From Mobula hypostoma (Eukaryota), in assembly GCF_963921235.1 (NCBI RefSeq), contig NC_086109.1:29452001-29516000 (forward strand): a DNA stretch of 64,000 bases. Direction: 5' to 3'. The notes under the pieces are model-generated. The model was not told the DNA's origin. It searched no databases and saw only the letters and a program-made list of their open reading frames with translations. Positions 13,010 through 29,789 of the stretch are shown here, one piece after another. Made by a program: the position numbers and the translations under genes. The first letter of the stretch is position 1. The number at the start of each line of letters is the position of its first letter.

Positions 13010-14590
13010 AGTCTGTGATCTCTCTCTCGGAAGCCGATATCAGGCTTTCTTTCAGGAGAGTGAACCCTTGCAAGGCAGCAGGCCCCGATGGAATACTTGG
13101 TAAGGGTCTGAAAACTTGTGCCAACCAACTAACAGGGGGGGGAAGTAAAGGACATTTTCAACATCTCACTGCTACAGTCAGAAGTTCCTACCTACTTCAA
13201 AAGGGCAACGATTATACCAGTGCCCAAGAAGAGTAGTGTGAGCTGCCTTAATGACTATTGTCCGGTAGCATGCATATATTCGGTGATTAAGTGTTTTGAG
13301 CGGTTGGTCATGACTAGAATCTATTCCTGTCTTAGGAAAGACCTGGAACCACTGTAATTTGCCTTTTGCCACAAAAGGTCTACAGAAGATACAATTTCAA
13401 TAGCTCTTCACACAGCTCTTGATCACTTGGACAGTATAAACACCTATGTCAGGATGCTGTTCATCAACTATAGCTCAGCATTTAACACCATCATTCCCAC
13501 AGTCCTGATTGATAAGGTACAGAATCTGGGCCTCTGTACCTCCTTCTGCAATTGGATTCTTGACTTCCTAAGCAGAAGACCACAATCTGTACAGAATGAT
13601 AATAATATCTCCTCCTCACTGATGATCAACACTGGTGCACCTCAGGAATGTTTGCTCTACTCTTTCTATACCCATGACTATGTGGCTAGGTATAGCTCAA
13701 ATGCCATCTATAAACTTACTGCTGGTAGACTCTCTGGTGGGAAGGCGTACAGGAGTGAGATACACCAACTAGTGGAGTGGTGTCACAGCAGCAACCTTGC
13801 ACTCAGAGTCAGAAAGACCAAAAAGCTGATTGTGGACTACAGGAAGGGTAAGATGAGGGAACACAAACCATTCCTCGTAGAAGGATCAGAAGTAGAGAGA
13901 GTGAGCAATTTCAAGTTCCTGGGTATCCAGATCTCAGAGGATCTAACCTGGTCCCAACATATCGACGTAGCTATAAAGAAGGCAAGACAGTGAGTATACA
14001 TCATTTGAAGTTTGAGGAGATTTGGTTTGTCACCAAAAACACTCAAAAACTTGTACAGATGTTCCATGCAGAGCATTCTGACTGACTACATGGCTACATC
14101 ACCGTCTGATATGGGGTGGTGGTGCTATTGGACAGGATCAAAAGCTGTCAAATTAGTCAGCTCCATCATGGGTACTAGCTCCCGTAGAATCCGAGACATC
14201 TTTAAGGAGTGGTGCCTCAGAAAGGCAGCATCCACTATTAAGAGCCCCCACCACCCCAGACATGCCCTCTTCGCATTGTTGCTGTCTGGAAGGAGGTCCC
14301 GAAGCCTAAAGGCGCACACTCAGCGATTCAGGAAGAGCTTCTTCCCCTCTGCCATTGGATTCCTGTGGACATTGAACCATGAACACTACCCCAGTTTTTT
14401 AAATATTATTTCTGTTTTTGCACTATTGTTTAATGTAACTATTTAATATACGTATATATACTTACCGTAATTGGTTTACTTATTTCCTCTTTTTTGATAT
14501 TAGCATGTATTGCAATGTACTGCTGCTGCTATGTTAATAAATTTCACGACATATGCTGGTGATATGAAACCTGATTCTGATTCTGAAGTC
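13010..14590 (+). mobile_element. Rex1/Babar LINE, degraded RT to 3' tail
   Basis: KAAGPDGI, MLFINYSSAFNTIIP, CNWILDFL, KTKKLIVDYRK, FKFLGIQISEDLTWS, RFRKSFFPSAI; (TCTGAT)n tail. Confidence 0.9.
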
Positions 14591-15097
14591 TGTGGACCGT
14601 GGGAGGAAACTGGAGCACCTGGGGAAAACCCACACATTCCACAGGGACAACATACAGACTCCTTACAGATGGTGTCAGACTCCAAACTCCAGAACTCCCT
14701 GAGCTGTATAGCATCAAGCTACCTCTAAGCTACCACGGCATTTTCTTGTAAAAAAACATGGTATAATTAAGTTAGATTTGTGCTTTCAATCTGACTGCTC
14801 TGGGAGTTCTTCTTTGAGTCATTTTTATTAGTGATATTTGTAATGCCCCCTAAAGTGGAGGTAGCTTTAACATCTCGTTTGATCTTATTTGTTATTTTTG
14901 TCTTATCTCTGCTGACCCAAACCAGAGATTCACTGCAAGAGCTGCTTTCAGTTCCTGTTCAGTAGTACCACTGTAGCCCTCATCCATTATACCTTTAATA
15001 AACCAAAGGTACAGGAGTTGGTACAAAGGTACATGCATGCCATAAGTTACCAGATATGAATTAGACAACCATTAGCCACTGTGGATGCCACACTGAG

Positions 15098-15268
15098 CAA
15101 CACACACAAAATGCTGGAGGAACTTTAGGAGATCAGGCAGCATCTATGGAGGGAAATAAACGGTTCTCTTTCTGGGCCTTGAAACTTTATCAGGACTTGC
15201 TGAGTTCCTCCAGCATTTTGTGTGTGTTGCTCAAGATTTCCAACATCTACAGAATCTCTTGTGTCTGT
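15098..15268. mobile_element. Foldback Penelope-derived element
   Basis: GCAACACACACAAAATGCTGGAGGAACT ... AGTTCCTCCAGCATTTTGTGTGTGTTGC is a perfect inverted repeat; same architecture as 4565-4790. Confidence 0.75.
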
Positions 15269-16004
15269 GGATCCCACATTTTCTTCTGTTATTGTATTTG
15301 ACTATTATCGAATTAATTTAGCTTCGAGAAATCTTGTGGTTTATGTATTCTCATCTAGGTCTTGAAATATTACAGAATGCAGCTAAATAAATGTTTTGAT
15401 GTATAATTATATATTATTTAAATTTACTTCCAATTAAGGAATTCACTTCCATGCATGAAGATTTATTATTATTTATAAGTAAAATTCTATATGTAAATAC
15501 TCCTGAATATATCACCCTGCTGCTCTAATTTCTCAGCAGTCATTTTTAACTATTATTACTCATTCAAGTTATTAACATGGATCATTACCAACTAACCTTA
15601 TTCTGAGAAATGTTCTACAGTTATTGTGGTCCTGATATGACAGTATTGCTCTTGCAGTGAGCCATGCTGTTCTTTAATAATGAATAACAAGGCCCTTCTA
15701 AATGTTTCAGAATTGATCATTACATGGTGTCAAATAATATCAGGGAACTAATCTTTTCTGCTGCTAACTAAATTACTTGAGTATAATTGGTAAAAGAGAT
15801 GTTCATTTATTTTTATGTTTTTCTCAATGTCTCCCTTTTTTGTTAACCTTTTTTGAAAGTGTTTTCACTGAGGACTTCTATTCACGTTTAGAGTCTGGAT
15901 AGATGTTATTCAGCTATTTGATTATGGAAAGGACAATCAAAACCAAAGCTATCCCGAGAAAAGCTGAGCACAAATATTTTTAGATAATAGAAATTAGTAT
16001 TCAT

Positions 16005-16390
16005 TTTTCTTTCTTCTTTTGCCCATTGTGCCACTGACGTTCAAGGCAGCAATGAAGGTCCTCAATCTCTGGTGGTGTTCACAGCTTCCTTCATCATGTC
16101 AGTGGCTATCTCTTGGTTTACTGTCAGCCATGCAAGTCCCAGTTGGAGACTCAGGAACACCGTCGCACACAGATGGAGAAGGAGTCTTTATTTTTGTTTC
16201 TGTAACAGTTTTCTCTGACCAGTCAGGGTTGTCAGCCCTGAGCTGAACCCCTGAACCTGGAAATTTGGTGGACCGCTCCTAATCTGGCCTCTGCCCTTTG
16301 ACCTGTTTGACATGACTGACCCTACCAAGAGCCAAAACATAGAGCCCTGACTCCAGCCACCATAGCTCTCCAGTTCATTGAGGTATTCTC
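16005..16390 (-). mobile_element. Non-autonomous RTE-derived element
   Basis: Reverse-complement similarity to 12430-12815 (both translate to WLLVGS..xRSKGRG). Confidence 0.55.
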
Positions 16391-18844
16391 CACCTCTTGG
16401 AGGAGAAATTAGAATAATCATAATCACCATAAACTCAACAAAAGCACAATGATCAGCCAAGGTACAAGCTGAACAATTGTTTGTCAATATTTAAGGGTAT
16501 TTTGTTTATGTGGCAGGGATCAAAATCAAAGGACATCTATAGCAACAGCCCATTTGGTTCCACTATTTTGTCAACCGCTCAATGAAATTGTAGCTGATCT
16601 GTATCATAACGTCAATAACATGCCTTGATTGCAGAAATCCGAACACAGTTTCTGTGTTTTTCCTTTCAAAAGTTATCAATCTCAATTTAAAAAAGAATCA
16701 ACTGATTTAGCCTCAAAAGTTTTTTTTTTGGGGGGGGGGAGAAATCTAGTTTTGCCACTATAATTTATGTGAAGACATGCTTCCTAATATCAGCCTAGCA
16801 AGGCTTGTCTTTAGTTCTACACCCAATTGTTTGGAAATTGTTGTTCAGACAAAATAATATCTCTCAGTCTATCCACACTAAATAAATTAGATATGATGTG
16901 TATGTCAACCCTGAATATTCTATATTCTAGCAAATTCAACGCTAGTTTATGCACTTTCATGATTTAACTCCTTTAGTTATGGCATCATCCTGATGAATCT
17001 GTTCTGCAGCATTTCCAAAGTAAGCATTGCCTCTCTGTGCAGCAGTGTCTAGTATTAGAACAGTACAGAACACGAACAGTCTCTTCGGCCCATGAAGAGA
17101 CCTGTTGTGCTGAACAGGTTAAACGTAATAGTTATTGTCATTAACTAATCCATTCCTGCCATATTCATGTGCTTATCTAAGGGCCTCTTAAGTTCTTTGT
17201 TCGTGTCTGGAAATAATAGTGTTCTCAATAATGTCTCAACAGGGCCAGGGCAACTGCAAACTAATGTTCACATTACAGCTAACATTTCTGCCTTTTAATC
17301 ATTGGTGGGATCACTCTGCTGCCGAAGAGGGAAAGGTCTGCCATTGTGTCTGGAGAAAGTTACTCAGGTTTGATGCGTTTTGGGTATGGACTTGGACTAT
17401 AGACTTTTTTCAGCCGTATAGTTTTTTTATATTCTGTGTTTTTCAGCCCAATCCTTCTGGGCTTTTTTTGTGCGGGGGGAGAGGAATTTGTGTGTCAATG
17501 TTCTGTTTTGTTTCAATTTTTGTGCAGGGTAGAGGGATTTTGGGGTTGATAATTGTGTTGTCATTCTTTTCTTCCTTGGTTTCGTGGCTATCTGGAGAAG
17601 AACCAAATTTAACTTTGGTAATAAATGAACCTTTGAATCTTTGAATATTTTATGAACCTTTTTAAAATTGTTTATTTTATTCTAGGGAAGAGCGTAAGGA
17701 TTTATATACTTTGCCCTCTAAATCTCTCTGCCTATCTATGGCTCTTACCTTCTCACCATTGAGAAAACAAACTGATCTGTTTACTGTAGGTCTAATGTAG
17801 ATCTACTTTATCGGAATTAACCTCCACTCTTTAAGCCTACTCTTAAATGGTTCCTTGGAAGTCTTTACTTCCATCTGAACAATGCCATGTAACATAACTT
17901 GTTCAGTAAATGTAGATATACATTACATTACTCCTCAATGCAAAATATTTGTGAATATGGATGAAAGCTATGGCTTAGTATACATTCACTATTTCTACTT
18001 CCAGGTCAATTCCATTTCTAAGACAACATGTCACTTCCAATTCTATAAAATCTGTCTCTTCTCAAATTTTCCCAAGTGGCTTCTGAACATCCATTTAAAT
18101 ACCATCCATAGGTATTTCTATACCTATGCACATTAAAAATAAAATGGAACTAGATTTATTAGACATGACATACTCTTTCTTTCTCCCTTTCTTATCAACA
18201 AATGTTAAACTTCAATGCTTCTCAAAACAGATCTCTGCAATTTTCTCACAACAATTTTTACAAAATGTTATATGATGTTACAGCAGTATGTTAGAGGACT
18301 ATATGGTATAGAGTTATAATTCCCTTGGTTTTGCTCTTCCACCCTTTCGAAAGAGAAAATGACACTGACAATTTTCTAACCCTGAACTGAATATATTTTA
18401 GAAGATCATGACTTGTATAAATAATTTCTTGGATTTCCTTGTTTTGGAAATCTTCTGGTATTTTGGATTTACTTCATTATAGGCTCCACTATCACCATGT
18501 CTTTACTTACATGGAAACTTAATTCCTCTGTTTAATTTATTTTTATCCAAACCACTGGTATTTTATTCTCATCCTCTATAAAAAGTCCAACATAAAGAAT
18601 CTACTTTAATAAACTGGCATTTCCTGGTTTCCAATTACCTAGCAATTATTGCAATTATAATTATTAATTATTAATAATGCCTGCTGTTAAAAATGGAGTT
18701 GTCTATTTATGATAGAGATGAGGAAATGATCCTTTGTTTTGAAACTCTCTCTCTCCTAGAGAGATGTGGAGGTAGAGTCACTGAGAAAATTCAAGTTGGA
18801 GATTGATGGGCATTTGAATTAAAAGGAAGGGCAGTAAGTTATCG

Positions 18845-19070
18845 TAGTGGTGAGCACAACACCATTCGAGTGCCAGTCACCTGGTATCAACTCTCGCTGC
18901 TACCTGTAAGGAGTTTGTATGTTCTCCCCCCACCCCCGTGACTGTGTGGTTTCCTCCAAAATTCCAGTGATGTATGGATGAGTAGATTCAGTGGTCACAT
19001 AGGTGTAATTGGGCAGCGGTGGGTTGAATGGGCTAGAAGGGCCTGTTACCGTGATGTATCTCTATTAAAA
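18845..19070 (+). mobile_element. tRNA-derived SINE (HE1/Mermaid-like)
   Basis: CTGTAAGGAGTTTGTATGTTCTCCCC...GTGACTGTGTGGTTTCCTCC core and GGGCCTGTTACCGTGATGTATCTCT tail; related copies at ~14590-14740 and 41180-41440. Confidence 0.6.
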
Positions 19071-19359
19071 AAGAGTCAGATTATAAGGAGATAGTAAGAA
19101 AGTGATCTGAGGACACTAATATATCAGCTACGATCTAGAATGTTGGAGCAGGCTCAAGGGCTGATTAGCAGATTTCTGCTGCTGTTTTCTTGTGTTGTTA
19201 TGTTCCTCTTGTCATACAACATTTCTCTCTTAAAATTCTGTGAGAAATAAATCAGCTTGTCTTAACTTCTTTCAGAATCCTTGTGTGAGTGAGATAGGAC
19301 TGTTTGAGAGATGTGGAAGCGACAATCAGTTCCTCAACACCAGTTGACTTAAGGGGAAA

Positions 19360-20050
19360 GAGGGTGAAAATGCACCCACCTACATCGGTGGGTCTGCTAT
19401 GGAGAGTCAGTAGCTATAAGTTCTTGGGTTTCAACATACCAGATAACTTACCCTGGGCACAACTCATAAGGGCAATCAGAAGGAAGACAAGCCAGCATTT
19501 TTACTTTCTTGAAAGGTTAAGGATTCTAATATACTTCTGCAGGTGTACTGTTGAAACCATACTGGTTGCATTCCGGTTTGCAGAACCAAGCCGAATGCAC
19601 AGCACCATAAGAAACAGCAGCAAGTAATGGACTCAGTTCAATACATCACAGGCATATTCCTCTCCACCATTGATAGTATCGAAATGAGATGCTACCCACA
19701 AGAACATAACCTCTATCATCAGAGATCCTTCGCATCTTGGCTATGCCATCTTCTCACAGCTATCATTGGACAGGAAGTCCTACACCACTAGGATCAAGAA
19801 CAGCTACTTCCTTTTGAACATTCTTGAACCAACTTGCACAAGCTCAGTCACAGTATAGCAACACTCTAACCACTTTGCACTACATTGGTATTTTTATGTT
19901 CTAGTTATATTGTCGGGTATAATTTGTCTCCCTTGTGAATGTTGCATGCCTGATGCTTCTTACCTGTGATGCTACTGCAAGTAAAATTTCATTGTACTTC
20001 TGCATCATGTGCTTATGCATATGATAGTAAACTCATATTTGACTTTCAGT
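19360..20050 (+). mobile_element. Degraded Rex1-type LINE 3' fragment
   Basis: RVSSYKFLGFNIPDNLPW...FCRCTVETIL remnant and a 3' tail. Confidence 0.6.
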
Positions 20051-21455
20051 ACAGTTACTTTTCGTATCTCACCCACTTCAGGAGGTCAGTTTCAATGTTC
20101 TTTCCCTACATATTTTACTTCAGTTTTATACTATTTCTTACATCTTTGTTGGTAAAGATTGTTTAGATACACAATGAGAACCCTTGCCAGTAAGTAGAAC
20201 CTGCAGGTCTTGATTTCAGTCAAATACATCTTTGAAATGATCATCCACGGTTTGTCGGCCAACGCTGAATGTTCAGTTATGATCAAACAAAACCATAAAA
20301 TGAAGAGCACATTCAGCATTGTCAGGCAACATCAGGTCAACGATTCTTCAGCATTTTTTCCTCTCTTTATGCTGTCTGATCTTCTGGACATTTCCAGCAC
20401 TTTTTGGTCTTTCAGATACCTAGCATCTGCAGCCTTTTGCCTCATTTATGGTAGAACACAGCCTCATCCTTACAAATCAACATAACTTAAAATTTGGTTA
20501 TGACTCAACCTGGTCATCTCAAATGTAATGTGAAACTCTAGTGTGTAAAAAAAAAACTGCTGGAGGAATTTAGTGGGTAAGGTAGCATGTGCAGAGGAAA
20601 ATGGACAGTAAATGTTTTGGATTAAGACCCTTCATCGCGACTGAAGTATAAAGAGATGGAGCAACAACTGGGAAGCTCCACTCTGTTATATCTCTGAAAT
20701 TCTGTTATATTTGTGCTAACTGGGCGTTCCTTTACACCCAGATGCAAAGGGCACAAATCAAACGTTTTCATTTAAATTTCATGAGTTGACTATCTGTGAA
20801 CAGACTCTAAACTTTGCTCTCCTATAGACAGCCAAGCCCAATTGTTATAGGAATAAGAGAACAAGAACTAGTAATGTCAATTTAAAACCTGTTCATAAAT
20901 CCTGATCTCAGATGTTAAAATTTTGGCAAGATCAAAGTAGTTATTGCGTGTAGGTAACATTCATGGAGAAAAATAGTCAATGGTTTTGAACAAGACCCTT
21001 TTTCAACTGGATTCTGTTGTATCTATGCAGCTTTTATGTTTTTCAAATACATGACATCACGAAGAACACTTTACAAGTGTGTGGATAATTGTGGGGAACC
21101 AACAAATTGTTTCCCAGTCTGGTAAACAGTGAAGAGCTGTGGTCAGGGACATATCCTGAAGCTTTTCATAAGGTTTTTTTTATCTCATAATCTATCAGGT
21201 AAGGGCAATCAGTTTGGGGTGGTCGTTTGGTGGTGAGTGGATCCTATATACTGGAGATCTAATGAACACGATGCTCTGGAGCTAAGGAACCACAGGGCTT
21301 CCCAAAACAAAAGTTAGTCAGCTCCCCTGAGAGGGGAGAAAAATAGAGAGCCAGTCACCCGAAATCCAGCCACTCTTTCACTGGTTGACGACGAAATGAT
21401 CTCGGAGATAAACTAGAGGTAAACCTCTTGCTTGGCCCCAAGCAGCTTGAGGAAT

Positions 21456-21459
<4 letters not shown>

Positions 21460-21507
<48 letters not shown>

Positions 21508-21515
21508 AAGAGAGA
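21460..21515. repeat. Compound (GT)n(GA)n microsatellite
   Basis: Seen directly. Confidence 0.95.
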
Positions 21516-23059
21516 TTAATTGAAATGGAAACAAGGAAAATATAAATAGTTTAAAAATAAACAGACTCAGTTTAACGCTCTTTCACAGTCATAAAGACAT
21601 TCACTATTAACACTTGAATTATAGTTTTATTTTGATTCGCACATATCAAACTCCGCCCAGGATTTGAATGTCTCATGTTGAAGTCATCCCAGTACACCCA
21701 CCTCCCTGCCCTGTAGACTAACGAGTGAGAAAGAGAGAGAAAAAAATCACTAAAAGGAAATTCCTGAGCCATGATGCGTTGCAGAAGGGCTTTCATGTTT
21801 CAAGCAGCGACCTCCATCGACTATCACCGGCTCTGTTACAGTTTCTCCGGCTCCTACTTGCACCTGATCGCGGGAAAAAAAGGCAGCTTTTTGTGATTCA
21901 TTCCCACATGCTGAAAGGCGGCGGCCACCCAATTCGAAAGTATGTCAAGAATGCAGCATCTTCTCACTACCACCATTCAAAGCAGATTTGCATTGCCCTC
22001 CGGTTTTCACAGAAATCATTCATCTCACCGCGATATCCATTTATCAACGCCCCCCAAAATCTGTAATTAAGCCCCCAATTGGCGAGGAAATTTCACATGC
22101 CTATGTTGGTAAAAGTTATTAATTTGATACCATTGGTGATCATATTTATGCATGATTGTTTACAAGCTAAGATTCGGCGGGAAATTACAGACGTCGGAAC
22201 TATTCTGTGCACACCCATTAATTATCACGTTAAGAATCTATTTCTCTTTGTTAAAGAGTTCTCACACATTGGAATATGCACCTTATATAAATGCCAGTTG
22301 CGTGCTTCATAAATAAAAGGTCATAAAGTTAAAAAATACAATTTGAAAACTTCCCACGTTTAATACGCCACTTGCAATGATTAAAATGCGTTATATTTAA
22401 AATAGCTTTCGGTAGACTAAATATTGATAAAACGCCTGAAATACTGTCCAGACATTTTATGCACTTATGTCGATTTCTATTGTTTCTAATTGTGCACGCC
22501 CCCTCTAGGACACGATAAATCTAACTGTGTGTGGTAAAATTATAATTGTTGAAAATAAATCCGTGTCCATCGATAGCATTTCGATTAATCAACCATCAAA
22601 ATAGGGACACATAGCCATTACGCCTTCACTATAAATGAATAGGTATTTGTGAGGCTTAATTATTTATTTGTTTCCCTCAACTTAGACGTGATATACCTTT
22701 AACATCTATTTGCCATTACAGGACCACCAGTACTGCTGGCCTTACCACTTATAAAAGTTATAAAGGGGGGTGCAGTGTTGCACCAGAGCTTTTTATTCAT
22801 ATAATTACAATATTAAATCCCTTGCCAAGCTAGACGAAGATCTAGCAATAATGTCTTTTTATCAATATATTGCATACACTTAGCACCTTTGTGTGCATTT
22901 TAAAGCTAGGCCATTCGCTTCTACTACTATATTGCTAAATGAAAATAAAATTGCAAAGGCTTCTGCTCCCAGGGAAAAGAAGCGTTGTCCGCTCCCTATT
23001 AAAAATATTTGTTCACAGACAGCCAGTGGATCAAAGCCATTTGTACGCAGACATAGAGG

Positions 23060-23260
23060 AGGAATATTTTTGGCGCGTAGTCATTCCCGCCACGTCGAGT
23101 CTAGTCAGCTTCATTCTTTTATTTTTTTCTTTCTTGTGATTGGCAGACCACTTCTCCCCGCCTATTTCCTCTGACGTAATTCAATAGGCGGGCCTCTAGG
23201 GTTGTGCAGTTAGCTTTTATTACTATGTATATAGCCGTTGCTACTAGGAGAACGCACTAA
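23060..23260 (+). promoter_or_regulatory. PIM1 core/proximal promoter
   Basis: E2F-like TTTGGCGCG (23069) and TTCCCGCCA (23084); inverted CCAAT ATTGG (23139); GC boxes CCCCGCC (23156) and GGCGGG (23187); CRE/ATF-like TGACGTAA (23172); TATATA (23228-23233), about 340 nt upstream of the ATG. Confidence 0.7.
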
Positions 23261-23571
23261 GTAAGCCAAAGGATTCGGCGTGATACGGACTCGCTCCTGT
23301 TCATTCTGCTCCTTCATCCTTTTATTCTCTTACTTCAGCTGATTCCTTGCTTAAAGAAACTTAATAACCTGCTGCATTTCATTACTGGGACATTGCGAGA
23401 AGTCGAACGTTTTGGAAATAAGGGATTTCACAGTCACATCGGTGCGATCGCAGCTGTGTGTTTGTTGCAACGTGGTGTGTGGGTGATCATACCGGCTTTT
23501 ATTTTGGTGGAATCCCATTCGGAATCTTGCAAGTGATACTCGAGTCTTCAATCGACGTTTCACATCGAGGG

Positions 23572-27367
<3,796 letters not shown>

Positions 27368-28565
27368 AACTCATGAAACAATGAACTGATGCTCGCAGAA
27401 CTAGTTTGCCTCACTTTGAAAGAACCAAAAAACTTGCCTGGTTGGATTTGGCAGATTCCATGGCCTTTTTATCAAATCTAGTGATTAGTGGGAGAGCTAA
27501 AGAAGAAACAAATCCTATCCACCTTCATTCCAGTTGTCATAAACTTGAATCGTGCATTACGACAAGTCTGACTCTTCCTCTTCGAGTGCCTTTTATGACC
27601 ACTGGAGATCCACTAACTTAAAATAAATACTTGAACTTCTGCTGCTTCTGCGTAACTTCTTTTCGCACAATCCTCATATACACACAAACAAGACTGGTCT
27701 AGTAAAGCCACTACTTTTTGTTCGTATCTTGGTGTAACAGATGAAGACACCATGTCACAGGATCATCACCACTAATCGGAAAGGAATTGACCTCAATCAA
27801 CTCTTGTGCAGTCAGCTTGTCTAATACACTTAGTATGAAGCCAAGGCATTTTCAGAGCATCATCATCAATGCACAACCAATGCAATGAATGGACTCTAAA
27901 ACTTTTGTACATGTGCACATATGTAGATAACATGCATAAATATATATTAAATGTAAATATCTTTTTGAAGTACTGGTTACAACAGCATTTGTTGGCTCTG
28001 TCCTGTTTACCTGTTTATTTATTTGAGTGAAGTTGAGTTTTTTTAAGCAGATATATTATATAAAAAGTTTTGACTCGTGGGTTGATTTTTATTTATTTAT
28101 TTATGGACAACTCCCTTCCAGCAGACTTGTTCATTCCACAATAATTATTTGGTCAAATGAAGACCCACGAATTTTCTTAAGATCTTGTCAGACTTTTATT
28201 CAGTTCACTCTGTTTACAGCCAAAATAAAACGGTGATGTCAATAAAACAAATTCCAGACTTTGTAAATATTACATTGGGAAATTCTGTTAAATGCATGTT
28301 GTACTGAATATGTATTTAATGTCTAGACCATGTTTAGGGATGGGTGGGAGGGATTTTTAAAAAAATGCGTCCCATGGGCTTGTAAGGGTTGATTAAGATA
28401 CCACTGCAAAAATAATTTTGTTCTTACTGTACATATCTTTATGGTTAGTTGCATGTATGCAGCTTGGAGTCTGAACTGTCATTTCATTAGATCTGTAAAT
28501 TAAATAGAACGGAAGAAAAGTTATTTTTATACGACATTTCAAATAAAATTAAAATTTGCCTTAAT
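27368..28565 (+). promoter_or_regulatory. PIM1 3'UTR with ARE, Pumilio elements and miRNA seed sites
   Basis: ATTTATTTATTTA at 28091-28103; TGTAHATA at 27952, 28262, 28428; seed matches listed in findings; ends after AATAAA at 28542. Confidence 0.75.
28542..28553 (+). terminator. Probable main polyadenylation signal of PIM1
   Basis: AATAAA (28542-28547) followed by ATTAAA (28548-28553), a U-rich element upstream and GT-rich GTGTTGTATTTG downstream. Alternative AATAAA at 27622, 28224 and 28241. Confidence 0.65.
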
Positions 28566-29789
28566 TTGCTTACAGTGTTGTATTTGAGTATATGCATTTC
28601 ACAGTTATCAAAGAGAACCTCAATGCCTGCATATTGCCCCTCCTCATGTCCATAATAATATCTAGCAAGATGCTGTTAACTAATATGTTCAAGTGATTAT
28701 CCTGCAAGAATTTCTCTAGCATTGAGAAGCAAACAGATTAGGGAGCAGACACTTAAAAATTGAGGTACATGGCAGCTTTTCTGAAAAGATAGTCTACCCC
28801 AGAGGGTTGTGGGGGCTATATCATTTAAAGGTGAAGTAGATGCAATGATAAGGGAATTTGGGGGTGGTTGTGGGCTGGAGGAAATGAGGATTGGAGCAGA
28901 TTAGCTACAGCAATAATAGTATAATTAGTTGTAATTGCAATCCAATTGTAACCTTGTAATCCAAGTTTCCTTAAATTTATTTAATCTTGCATCAAGGCAG
29001 ATCTTGGTGGAAGACCTGAAATAACTTCTTCCCATGAAGGTCCTTTGGAAGCCTTTAGAAGATGGCAAAGTCCATCCCTTACTTTGGCATCAGTGTGATG
29101 TTCAGGAAACATTTAAAAGTTCAAAAGCAGTTGGAGGTTCAGCCATCTCAGACACAGGCACAAACTTTTACACTGTTAAAGGACATCTTCAACATGTAAT
29201 ACCTCAAATCTGCATCCATCGTTAAAGACTCTTATGGATGGTATTTTATTACTACTATTTTATTACTTATTACTACTATTTGGGAGGAGGTAAAAGCCTG
29301 AAGATCCACGTCCAGTGTTTTAGAAACAGCTTCTTCCTTTCTGCTATCAGGTTTCTGAGTGGTCCATGAATCCATTAAGAGTAATTTAATTATTTCTCTT
29401 TTGCACTTTTTATATCTTACACAGTAACTTTTATGCCCAAAACTGTACTGCTGTACATCACTCATATCAGCGATAGTAAGCTTGATTCTTAATCTGAATT
29501 TAAAGCATTTTGAAACAAATTAGCCAAAACTTTTTAAAAACTAAAATAAATAATTAAACGATGCAATTACTTTATCTTTTCCATTCTGGGGCCACCCAGT
29601 CTTTTTCAAATCAACAAGGTTTCAGATCCTGACAGGGTCAGAGAGCTGCCTTTTTCCAGCATAAAGGCAAAACATTAGTGCTCCACTGTTGGATTTCATT
29701 TAAAGTCAGTATTTAAAGTAAAGGAACGGATTTCACTATACAGCACTAAAAAGGTCCCTTTGGCCTACCAGATCCATAATATTCACAAA

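Noticed and set aside
22495..22510. CTCF-like motif (also ~26068 and ~26194)
   Set aside because: Several mismatches in the core; not supportable without a PWM score or ChIP data.
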